DNA of 24,605 nt from a virus (IMGVR_UViG_3300037100_000070:1-24605); one strand, 5' to 3'. Positions 9,126 to 16,940 are shown, numbered from the stretch's first letter. A program made the numbers and translations. Notes: generated by a model not told the origin, from the sequence alone.

Positions 9126-10079
9126 ATGACACCACTTCAGTTAATTCTATATTACGCCAACCTCTTAATTCTCCAGTATTTGGGAAAACCCAAAGCCTAC
9201 GCGACAGTTGAAATGCTCGCAGGCTTTGGGATCTTGCCGCAAGTAACGGTTCAGCAAATTTCGTTTTCGGCTACACCCACAAGCGGAACTTTTGAGTTTC
9301 AATGGACCCCCTTTGGTGTAAACCAAACGCAAGTTACCTCGGCCGCCATTAATTGGAACGATTCGGCCTCGACTATTCAGACAAAAATTCAAGCTATGTC
9401 GTCCGCTCTTGCGTCCGTAACAGTTGCGGGCTCTGTTACAAGCGGAACCGGGCTCACTGTCACATTTACGGGGGTCCCGCCGGTAGCGCCTCTTTTATCT
9501 ACAACGGCTAATAGTCTTGGCGTCACCATCACAATTGCAGAGACAGACACCGTTTTACCTCTTGCGGTTTCAAACGGCTTTAACATCAACTCGAGCCTCG
9601 GGGCGGTCGCAACCGGAAACCAGCTCAACATCATTGCCAAATACGCGAACGTGTTTAGGTCAACGGTTTTGCCAACCTACGGAACTGTGACCTTAAGCGA
9701 TGCCGACTTTTTAACACTCATTCAGTTTGCAATTATTAAAAACTCCGCAAGCTCGGATTTGTCCACCATTCAATCGCTCCTAAATCAATTTTTCCCCGGC
9801 GAAGTTTTGGTGTTTGACTACCAGAACATGTATATGAGTTATCTCTTCTCGACGAGTATTGGGAGTACGTCTTTACTGCAAGTTTTAGTTGGTGAGGGGC
9901 TTCTTTTTAAGCCGCTCGGCGTTCAACTTGCGACAGCGGTTTTTAACTCAACCATCACGACGTTTTTCGGGTTTAGAACATATTCGATTAATACGGTTCA
10001 CAATTCACCGGCCAACACGTACTCTACTTACGTGACGACACGGCCGTGGTTATCTTATTCTTATGGTGTAAGTGCTTAA
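9126..10079 (+). CDS. Baseplate wedge protein (DUF2612-like) with inserted S/T-rich domain
   Basis: Motifs YYANLLILQYLGKPKAYAT, ATGNQLNIIAKY and LSDADFLTLIQFAIIKN; follows J. Confidence 0.8.
   Translation: MTPLQLILYYANLLILQYLGKPKAYATVEMLAGFGILPQVTVQQISFSATPTSGTFEFQWTPFGVNQTQVTSAAINWNDSASTIQTKIQAMSSALASVTVAGSVTSGTGLTVTFTGVPPVAPLLSTTANSLGVTITIAETDTVLPLAVSNGFNINSSLGAVATGNQLNIIAKYANVFRSTVLPTYGTVTLSDADFLTLIQFAIIKNSASSDLSTIQSLLNQFFPGEVLVFDYQNMYMSYLFSTSIGSTSLLQVLVGEGLLFKPLGVQLATAVFNSTITTFFGFRTYSINTVHNSPANTYSTYVTTRPWLSYSYGVSA
9249..9545 (+). repeat. Inserted S/T-rich tail domain, copy 4 (DUF2612 wedge)
   Basis: VQQISFSATPTSGTFEFQW...AAINWNDSASTIQTKIQAMSSALASVTVAGSV...ANSL. Confidence 0.8.
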
Positions 10080-10091
10080 GGGGGTTTTAAA

Positions 10092-10814
10092 ATGGCGCGG
10101 CTCACAAGATATACGCAAAACACTTTCGGAACGTCTGCGGGATCTTCGCAAATGGCCGAATTCGGAAGCTTTGCGGCGAGCTCTCCGGCGACCTATTCGG
10201 GCGCCACAATCACGCCCGCCATTGTTCAGGCTTTGTCGCAATACGCGTCGGGTTGGTTTTCAGCAATCGTCGGCGCAAACTCACCATGCCTAGAAGACTG
10301 GAACGCTCTTTGTTATCTCTTTGGCTACCAACTCTCATACCTCATGATGTTAGGAGTGCCTGAGTGGGACTCGGGTACGACCTATTACGCGGGCTCAATT
10401 GCGCAAGACGGTTCAGGCAACCTCTATGTGTCGCTCACAAACTCGAATTTAAACAACGCACTTTCAAGTTCGAGTAATTGGAAGCCTTTATCTGGTAACG
10501 TAAACTTAGTCGCAGTCAACCCCGCAACCGGCATCTACGCGTCTCCTTACACACTGACTTCGGCCGACATCGGTAAGACGTTTTTAGTAAACTCGGCAAA
10601 TGGTCCGATGCAGTTTAATTTGCCGCAACCGTCCGCTAATAACAATTTCAACATCAAAATAAAAGATGTTGGCGGGGTGGCTCAGACAAATAAAATCACA
10701 ATGCACAGGTACGGGTCAGAAAATATCGACGGCGTCGCTACCGACTACGTTTTCAATTCAAATTACGGTAAATTTCAAATTGCAACAGACGCTACCAATT
10801 GGTGGTTATTGTAA
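10092..10814 (+). CDS. Tail fibre (baseplate-attachment) protein
   Basis: N-terminal FGS...QALSQYASGW...GVPEWDSGTTYYAGS; C-terminal domain FNLP...IKIKD...ITMHRYGSENIDG...TDATNWWLL as at fibre tips or adaptor domains. Confidence 0.75.
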   Translation: MARLTRYTQNTFGTSAGSSQMAEFGSFAASSPATYSGATITPAIVQALSQYASGWFSAIVGANSPCLEDWNALCYLFGYQLSYLMMLGVPEWDSGTTYYAGSIAQDGSGNLYVSLTNSNLNNALSSSSNWKPLSGNVNLVAVNPATGIYASPYTLTSADIGKTFLVNSANGPMQFNLPQPSANNNFNIKIKDVGGVAQTNKITMHRYGSENIDGVATDYVFNSNYGKFQIATDATNWWLL

Positions 10815-10824
10815 GGAGTAACTT

Positions 10825-12600
10825 ATGGCGAATACAGTAACTCAAACAATCACGGCGAGCCAGGGCTGGACGGCCCCGCCCGGCGTTGTTGAAGTAATGG
10901 TGACGGCTGTTGGTTTGTCGCCTGCTTTCGATCAAAGTTATGGAAATGGAAATGGAAATCAAAACACTCCAGGCACCTCATCTTATGGCGGGGTACTTGA
11001 CACAACAGGTAAGCTTTGGGGTTGGGGGCAAAACGTACAGGGCGGCATCGGCGCCGGAACGAACACAACTGTTAGCTCCCCTATCTCAGTAGTTGGTGGG
11101 CTCACTTGGTCTAAGTTTTGGAAGACCGCAAGCTTTCCGGTTTCTGCTTCAAATGACGTTCACACGACTTGGGGTTTGACTACTTCTGGGGCTCTTTACG
11201 GATGGGGGAAAAACGCGTCTGGCGAAATTGGTCAAGGCACTCAGTCGGCGTTTAGTTCACCAGTTTTGGTCGCAGGCGGATTAACTTGGGCGAACTTTTT
11301 CCCAAACACTGCGGGTTATGGACAGTTCGCAATGACGCCCGGTGGGCAGCTTTACGGGTGGGGCCAAAACACTGGGTCTGGTTCGACTTCTCAATATAGT
11401 TCGCCGGTCCTGGTCGCTGGCGGCCTTACGTGGGCTAAATTTTTCCCAGGGGTTCAATTTTTTGCCGGCATCACTCAACAGGGCGCTCTTTATCAGTGGG
11501 GCACTGGCTACGCTTGGGGCAACAGTACGTCTGTTAGCGTTCAATCATCCCCGGTTCTTGTATTGGGTGGAATCACAAACTGGGCGCAAGTTGCGCTCGA
11601 CGTTTACGCCTACTCGCATGTTTATGGTATTACTTACTCAGGCGCTCTTTACTCTTGGGGTAATAACTCTTACGGAGAATTGGGCGACGGCACAACGACG
11701 GGTCGAAGTTCACCCGTTCTAGTTGTCGGCGGCCTTTCGTTTCAAGCAGTTTTTCCGGCTTATGATTCATATGGCGGCACCAGTTTCGCTCTTGGTCTTA
11801 CAACTGGCGGCCAGTTATATGGGTGGGGGTATAGTCAAACCGGTCTTCTCGGTAACGGAAACGCCGCAAACGGATACAGTTCTCCTGTTCTAGTGGCCGG
11901 CGGTCTTACATTCTCGAAAGTGCTTTTCGACTATGTTGGCGCGAATGTTTTTGCTGTAACTACAGGCGGACAGCTTTACGCGTGGGGTGCAAACACTTTC
12001 GGACAGCTGGGTGACGGGACTACAAGTACGAGAAGCTCGCCAGTTCTAGTTTTGGGCGGCATTAACTGGAACAACTTAAAGCAGCTTTCATATATTAACG
12101 CGGCGGGCGCCGCCAGCGGGGTTACTATTCAGGCCCTCATGAATAATGGATCGATTTACGCCTGGGGCTCAAACAACGGAGGGCTACTTGGAAATGGTGA
12201 CGGAACGCTTGCGAGTAAAAGTTCACCCGTTCTTGTAGTAGGCGGGCTTTCGTTTTCTCAAGTTCAAAGCTTCACGCCAGGCTTGAACGCAAATGGCGGT
12301 ACTTATGTCTGGTGCACTATGGGAATCACGAACACTGGTCAAATTTACGCTTGGGGCGAGCAAACTTTCGGCGATCTTGGTGCGGGTGTTCAAAGCACCG
12401 GCACGGCTGTCCAAAGTTCACCAGTCCTGGTTGTCGGCGCCCTTGGTCCGAACTTTTTGCCGACACTAAACTCAATCGTCATTCCCGTCACGCCGGGCCA
12501 GACCTATAACGTGACTTTAGGTTCGATCTATTCGACTTTCGGGACTCAAGTGATCGGCCAAGCGCCGCTTTCGCAAATAATTGTTTCTTACGAACAATAG
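10825..12600 (+). CDS. RCC1-like repeat beta-propeller protein, probable receptor-binding protein
   Basis: Nine ~50-60 aa repeats G(Q/A)LY.WG.N..G.LG.G.....SSPVLV.GG; AAGGAG SD; follows the fibre gene. Confidence 0.85.
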   Translation: MANTVTQTITASQGWTAPPGVVEVMVTAVGLSPAFDQSYGNGNGNQNTPGTSSYGGVLDTTGKLWGWGQNVQGGIGAGTNTTVSSPISVVGGLTWSKFWKTASFPVSASNDVHTTWGLTTSGALYGWGKNASGEIGQGTQSAFSSPVLVAGGLTWANFFPNTAGYGQFAMTPGGQLYGWGQNTGSGSTSQYSSPVLVAGGLTWAKFFPGVQFFAGITQQGALYQWGTGYAWGNSTSVSVQSSPVLVLGGITNWAQVALDVYAYSHVYGITYSGALYSWGNNSYGELGDGTTTGRSSPVLVVGGLSFQAVFPAYDSYGGTSFALGLTTGGQLYGWGYSQTGLLGNGNAANGYSSPVLVAGGLTFSKVLFDYVGANVFAVTTGGQLYAWGANTFGQLGDGTTSTRSSPVLVLGGINWNNLKQLSYINAAGAASGVTIQALMNNGSIYAWGSNNGGLLGNGDGTLASKSSPVLVVGGLSFSQVQSFTPGLNANGGTYVWCTMGITNTGQIYAWGEQTFGDLGAGVQSTGTAVQSSPVLVVGALGPNFLPTLNSIVIPVTPGQTYNVTLGSIYSTFGTQVIGQAPLSQIIVSYEQ

Positions 12601-12606
12601 TTGATG

Positions 12607-12637
12607 TACCCCTTTTGAGATATATCTCGAGGGGGTA
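12607..12637 (+). promoter_or_regulatory. Inverted repeat/hairpin covering the SD of the glycosyltransferase gene
   Basis: TACCCCTTTT-GAGATATATCTC-GAGGGGGTA: perfect 12-bp palindromic core (12617-12628) plus TACCCC/GGGGTA arms. Confidence 0.6.
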
Positions 12638-12643
12638 AAGACC

Positions 12644-13678
12644 GTGCAAACTGAACCAGAAAAGAAATGGTCCAAAAATGACGCTTTTAAAATTCCGGGC
12701 TGGCGAATCCCGTCATGGCGAACTTCTTTTGCCTGTCAACAAGGGGTTGAGAAAAACATATTGTTCAAAACGTGGGGCGGTATCGGCGACCAAATCTGTG
12801 CGGAACCGACCCTTAGATACGCTCTTGAACATTTTAAAGATTGCAAAGTCACTCTCGCGTCATCCATACCCGAAGTTTTTGGTCACCTAAAATTTCACGA
12901 CGTGTATGACCTCACCAAAGAGTCGCCGATTTTAGACGACTATCTTTGGTTTGATACAAACAGCGAAGCCGATCAGTTTAACCTCGTTTATCAATTCATT
13001 TCTCATAACGTCATTCACTGCGTTGATTTTCCAACTCTTTGCGCACTTCGCTGCACACTCCCCGTCGCCGAAAAGAGCATTGTACTTGAGCCCCCGCGGC
13101 CGCCCGCAGGGAGTGAGCTTTACGAAATTGCAAATCAATGCGGGCGTTACGTCATCGTTCACGCCGGCAAACACTGGCAATCTAAAACGTTTCCTAAAAA
13201 GTGGTGGGATGAGGCGCTTTTTTCGATCGTGGGTCAAGGCTTCACACCTGTTTTAATCGGGCGCGAAAACGGTCCCGGCCAGGGCACCGTTGACGTTGAC
13301 ACCGCTGGGTGTGTTGACCTGCGTAACAAGACGACTCTAAACGAGACGATTTGGCTTTTAAAAAACTCAGCGGTTGTAATTTGCAACGACTCCTCACCTC
13401 TTCACATGGCGGTTGCGGGCGACGCGTGGATCGGGTTTTTTGCAACAGCAAAGCACTACGACTACCTCTACCATTGGCGCCGGGGTCAGTGGGCTTGGCG
13501 CATGAAAAATTTAAGTCTCGGCGGCTATTGGGATTTACAGCACTATTGCCCGAATCAAATTGAGGAGAAGACCATCGACAAAGTGGACCCGAAAATACTA
13601 GAGTCGTGGTTACCCGATCCAAAAACAGTCGGCGCTTTTTGTAAGGAGAAAATGATTGAATATATTAGAAGCCTTTAG
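12644..13678 (+). CDS. Glycosyltransferase family 9 (heptosyltransferase-like, GT-B fold)
   Basis: GGIGDQICAEP N-terminal motif; VHAG.HWQSKTFP; DLRNKTTLNETIWLLKNSAVVICNDSSPLHMAVA matches the GT9 (N/D)DSG..H.A signature. Confidence 0.88.
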   Translation: MQTEPEKKWSKNDAFKIPGWRIPSWRTSFACQQGVEKNILFKTWGGIGDQICAEPTLRYALEHFKDCKVTLASSIPEVFGHLKFHDVYDLTKESPILDDYLWFDTNSEADQFNLVYQFISHNVIHCVDFPTLCALRCTLPVAEKSIVLEPPRPPAGSELYEIANQCGRYVIVHAGKHWQSKTFPKKWWDEALFSIVGQGFTPVLIGRENGPGQGTVDVDTAGCVDLRNKTTLNETIWLLKNSAVVICNDSSPLHMAVAGDAWIGFFATAKHYDYLYHWRRGQWAWRMKNLSLGGYWDLQHYCPNQIEEKTIDKVDPKILESWLPDPKTVGAFCKEKMIEYIRSL

Positions 13679-14258
13679 GGCCGAACCTCGGTTTAGTCGG
13701 CTCGCCCGGCGCAAAGAAAACTTCGAAAAGATGGTCGAGCACGTTTGGGAAAGTGTGAAACTTAAGGGTTCAGCGAACATTCTCGAAACCGGATGCGCGT
13801 GGGATAAAGACAATTGGGAAGGTCAAGGCCAATCAACGCTCATTTGGGATTGGTTAATTGACGCCGCTAAAACAGACGGTCGTAGTATCAGCGCCATGTC
13901 GGTCGATATCACGCCCACCAGTATTGAGAGTGCCAGAAAACAAACGAAAAACATAGAGCTGGTCTTAAGCGATTCGGTAAAGCATTTAAACAGTCTTCAT
14001 TCGGTTTATCTCGAACACACTTTTTTGGTGTACCTTGACTCTTTTGATTGGTCGATAGAAAAAAACCTTGAATCGAGTTTTCACCACATGGCGGAACTTG
14101 CGACAATCTGGAGCGGCCTCCCCCAAGGTTGTATGATTGTGGTCGATGACAGGCATGGCGATCATGTGGGAAAGCATTGGATGGTTGAGACGTTTTTGTC
14201 TCACTACTTAAAAATGACGCCGGTCTTTAAAAACCACCAGATAGGTTATATAAAATGA
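13656..14258 (+). CDS. Class I SAM-dependent methyltransferase (Methyltransf_24-like)
   Basis: Motifs ILETG, SVDI, SDSV, LVYLDS and IVVDD; AAGGAG SD with TTG start overlapping the GT gene. Confidence 0.75.
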   Translation: MNILEAFRAEPRFSRLARRKENFEKMVEHVWESVKLKGSANILETGCAWDKDNWEGQGQSTLIWDWLIDAAKTDGRSISAMSVDITPTSIESARKQTKNIELVLSDSVKHLNSLHSVYLEHTFLVYLDSFDWSIEKNLESSFHHMAELATIWSGLPQGCMIVVDDRHGDHVGKHWMVETFLSHYLKMTPVFKNHQIGYIK

Positions 14259-14917
14259 GCATTACAAAGCACTACGACCTGGGTCTTAAGTCTCTTGTGA
14301 AGTATCGCCCCTACACTGAAGACGAGTCGATCATACGTAATATTTTAATCGACCGATCAGAGTACCAGCTTTTTGTCGGCGCAAACCCCCGCGTGATTTA
14401 CGACGTAGGGGCCAACATCGGAGCCGCGTCTTTATTATTTTTAACATCCTACCCGGACGCCATAATTTTTGCGTTTGAGCCTGACCCAGAAAACTACGAA
14501 ATTTTGGTCGAAAACGTAAAGGACTACAAACGTGTTCAAACGTATAACTTTGCGCTCGGCGCCCGTACCGAGGGCAGAACGCTTTTTCATTCGGATGACG
14601 AATATAACCACGGCGGTCATTCGTTTCACAAGCCCGGAACGGACCCCACCAAAAGTAAAACCGTGCCCGTCGTCGACGTTTTAGAGTTTACAAAAGATCA
14701 TTTCGAGCCCGACATGATGAAAGTCGACACCGAGGGGTGCGAGTTTGAAATCCTAAGTCGAGTCGCAAAACTTCCGCGCTACATAATGGGCGAATGCCAT
14801 GGACAGGACGACTATAAAATGTTCGACTTACTAAGCGCGACCCACGACTTAAAATTTCAAAAGGAGTTCGGGCAAAGATGTTTTCCTTTTTATGCGAAGA
14901 GGCGCGACCCGTCTTAA
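14255..14917 (+). CDS. FkbM-family methyltransferase
   Basis: Motifs DVGANIG, FAFEPDPENY, NFALG and MKVDTEGCEFEIL. Confidence 0.9.
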   Translation: MSITKHYDLGLKSLVKYRPYTEDESIIRNILIDRSEYQLFVGANPRVIYDVGANIGAASLLFLTSYPDAIIFAFEPDPENYEILVENVKDYKRVQTYNFALGARTEGRTLFHSDDEYNHGGHSFHKPGTDPTKSKTVPVVDVLEFTKDHFEPDMMKVDTEGCEFEILSRVAKLPRYIMGECHGQDDYKMFDLLSATHDLKFQKEFGQRCFPFYAKRRDPS

Positions 14918-15138
14918 TTTGGGCCGCCGAACACGAAGAGGCAATCATAACCGGCGCAGGTATCGTCGCCGGTTGGGTTTTTTCGTCAATCTGGTGGGCC
15001 TCGTCCATGGAGTCTCGTTACAAAAGTCTAAAGGGCCGGCTCAAAGAGGCCGAAAAAGACATCGATAACTTAGCTGAGAAATTAGGCACTGTTCGTGCTC
15101 TTGCACGTAGGGGTAAAAAACAACATGGCTCTGAGTAA
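14878..15138 (+). CDS. Small membrane protein, holin/antiholin candidate
   Basis: One hydrophobic segment (IITGAGIVAGWVFSSIWWA) plus charged coiled-coil tail; AAGGAG at 14861; directly upstream of the endolysin. Confidence 0.5.
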   Translation: MFSFLCEEARPVLIWAAEHEEAIITGAGIVAGWVFSSIWWASSMESRYKSLKGRLKEAEKDIDNLAEKLGTVRALARRGKKQHGSE

Positions 15139-15802
15139 AGGGGACGACGGTGTTTCAGTCATAAACCTACAAAAGAGCTTAAACCAATTAGGTGTTGCGA
15201 TTTTAAAAGAAGACGGGATTTTTGGGGCCGAAACTTTTGCGGCGGTTGAACGCTTTCAGTCAGCCCACTCGCTCCCAGTCACGGGCGAGGTGGACGGCCC
15301 TACTTACAATGCGATCGGCGTGGCCCTGACCCTACAAATCAGCACAAGGGCCGCGCCGTGGCTAAATTGGATGCGTGATCATCTAGGGCAAATTGAACAA
15401 ACTGGTGGGCCTGCGACATCATTTGACAGAGAAGTTTTCTCGCATACGTCTTACGGGGACCTCGACGGCGTCATGGAGGCGGGTTGCGCTGCGACCGCAT
15501 GTGCGGCCCTAGAAGAAAGCGGCTACAAATCCCCTCATAATGCCGCCGCCGAGTCTTTTAGAAATTTCGGAGTCGACTCAGTTCTAACACCGGGCGCCGT
15601 TGTGGGCTTTAATTGGAGGGCCGAAAAAGGCGTTCATTGCGACCACGTCGCTTTTCTAGACCATATTGTGGGCCCAGATAAGATTGCGTGCATTGGGGGC
15701 AACCAAGGTCACCAAGTCAACGTCGCTGTATTTTCGACCAAATTCATCGACTTTGTGCGTTTCCCTATTGAACGCCTTGACGCGCTCCCCGGTAAAGTTT
15801 GA
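15125..15802 (+). CDS. Endolysin: peptidoglycan-binding domain plus NlpC/P60/CHAP-like (TIGR02594-type) domain
   Basis: PG-binding motif LQKSL..LG...DGIFGAET.AAVERFQ..H.L.VTGEVDGPT; catalytic part APWL, GCAA, DHVAF, IGGNQG; ATG at 15125 preferred over the track start. Confidence 0.85.
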   Translation: MALSKGDDGVSVINLQKSLNQLGVAILKEDGIFGAETFAAVERFQSAHSLPVTGEVDGPTYNAIGVALTLQISTRAAPWLNWMRDHLGQIEQTGGPATSFDREVFSHTSYGDLDGVMEAGCAATACAALEESGYKSPHNAAAESFRNFGVDSVLTPGAVVGFNWRAEKGVHCDHVAFLDHIVGPDKIACIGGNQGHQVNVAVFSTKFIDFVRFPIERLDALPGKV

Positions 15803-15841
15803 GACTTTTAATAAGAACAAAAAACTAGGGGGGTTACTTAC

Positions 15842-16189
15842 ATGGGCAAGATTTTTTTAACACTGGTGATCTTTACTCTTGGTCTTTACGCCTACGCGCA
15901 AAGCTCGCCCGCCGCCGCCGCCGTAACTCCGACCTCACAAGCGGCGCCTGTCAGTACGAACATCATCGAAGGCACAAAGGCAACAGCCCCCGGCGCTCAA
16001 AGCTCACCACTTCCCACAAGTGCGGGCGGCCTTATAGGGCTTGGTCTTGCAATTGCCGCAGCATTCAACGGGCTTTTAAGTACGGCGCAAATTGTTTTGT
16101 CAAAACTTGGGAAAGCTGTGCCGACGTGGCTTCCGAGTGTGCAAAGCGGTCTCTTAAATCTGGTTAAATTTTTCGGAATGAATCTTTAA
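15842..16189 (+). CDS. Membrane/exported protein in the lysis cluster (holin-like candidate)
   Basis: Signal-peptide-like N-terminus ending AYA, A/P/T/S linker, then a hydrophobic helix; G6 SD. Confidence 0.5.
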   Translation: MGKIFLTLVIFTLGLYAYAQSSPAAAAVTPTSQAAPVSTNIIEGTKATAPGAQSSPLPTSAGGLIGLGLAIAAAFNGLLSTAQIVLSKLGKAVPTWLPSVQSGLLNLVKFFGMNL

Positions 16190-16192
16190 AAA

Positions 16193-16582
16193 ATGGGCAA
16201 ATTTCTAACTGATTTGGTCGTTAAACAGTCGGTTAAAGATGACGGCGAAAACGTAGCTGAAGGGCGGGGCTTTTGGACTCTTGTTCAGCCCCTCATCTAC
16301 GTCGCCGACAGCGGACATAAGTTTACAGTGCCCGTAGGTTTTAAAACGGATTTTGCCTCAATCCCACGCATCCCGCTTGTGTTTGAAGCTTTGGGCGATA
16401 GAGCAAACCTCGCTGCGTGTTTGCACGATTTTTTATACACGCCCCCGCACGCGGGTGTCGCGCGCGAAACGGCCGACGGGCTTTTGCGCGAAGCGGCCCT
16501 CGCACAGGGGGTTTCAAAATGGGTTGCCGACGCCCTCTATGCCGGTGTGCAGGCATTTGGGCAAAGTCACTGGGGGGAGTAG
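16193..16582 (+). CDS. DUF1353-family protein
   Basis: Motifs VPVGFKTDFASIPR, AACLHDFLY and RETADGLLREA. Confidence 0.85.
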   Translation: MGKFLTDLVVKQSVKDDGENVAEGRGFWTLVQPLIYVADSGHKFTVPVGFKTDFASIPRIPLVFEALGDRANLAACLHDFLYTPPHAGVARETADGLLREAALAQGVSKWVADALYAGVQAFGQSHWGE

Positions 16583-16585
16583 AAA

Positions 16586-16780
16586 TTGGTGGACGATCTA
16601 CTTGATTTTTTAAAACTCATTCCGGTACTATTTGAGCTCGTAAAGAGTATCAAGAAGTTTATCGCCGAGGAGAAACTTGAAACGACTCTTGAAAAGCATG
16701 TTCAAACCGTCGATGACGCCTTTAAGACAAAAAATGCAACAGAGCTTAACGCTCTTTTTAATAAGCGCACCACTACTTGA
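16586..16780 (+). CDS. Putative i-spanin (Rz-like)
   Basis: Hydrophobic N-terminal helix plus short helical tail; overlaps a downstream lipoprotein-like ORF. Confidence 0.45.
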   Translation: MVDDLLDFLKLIPVLFELVKSIKKFIAEEKLETTLEKHVQTVDDAFKTKNATELNALFNKRTTT

Positions 16781-16940
16781 ATGCGCAACTCAGCCGCTCC
16801 CGACGCCCTCACCTATCAGTTGGCATTTTATTGAACTGCAACCCGGTCAAATGGACGCGTGCCTGTCACAAAGCGATGTTGAGATTTTGAACACGCGCCT
16901 CGTAAGATGCGAGACTGCGGCAAGCCGCTGCGGCAAGTGA
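16734..16940 (+). CDS. Putative o-spanin (Rz1-like lipoprotein)
   Basis: MQQSLTLFLISAPLLE-C followed by a Pro-rich stretch and further Cys residues; starts inside the previous gene; lipobox is non-canonical. Confidence 0.45.
   Translation: MQQSLTLFLISAPLLECATQPLPTPSPISWHFIELQPGQMDACLSQSDVEILNTRLVRCETAASRCGK

Noticed and set aside
283-10079. Inserted domains as inteins, or the region as a non-phage contractile injection system
   Set aside because: There are no intein C/S...HN motifs. Linked lysis and replication genes show this is a phage.
10942-10959. (GGAAAT)x3 microrepeat as a phase-variation site
   Set aside because: It is an in-frame hexamer encoding GNGNGN, too short and not frameshifting.
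10825-12600. Diversity-generating retroelement or CRISPR-like array in the RCC1 gene
   Set aside because: The repeats are in-frame protein repeats with synonymous divergence. There is no reverse transcriptase, no adenine-specific TR/VR pair and no repeat-spacer structure.
12601-12626. Sigma70 promoter TTGATG...TATATC before the GT gene
   Set aside because: The spacing is 14 nt, too short for a canonical promoter.
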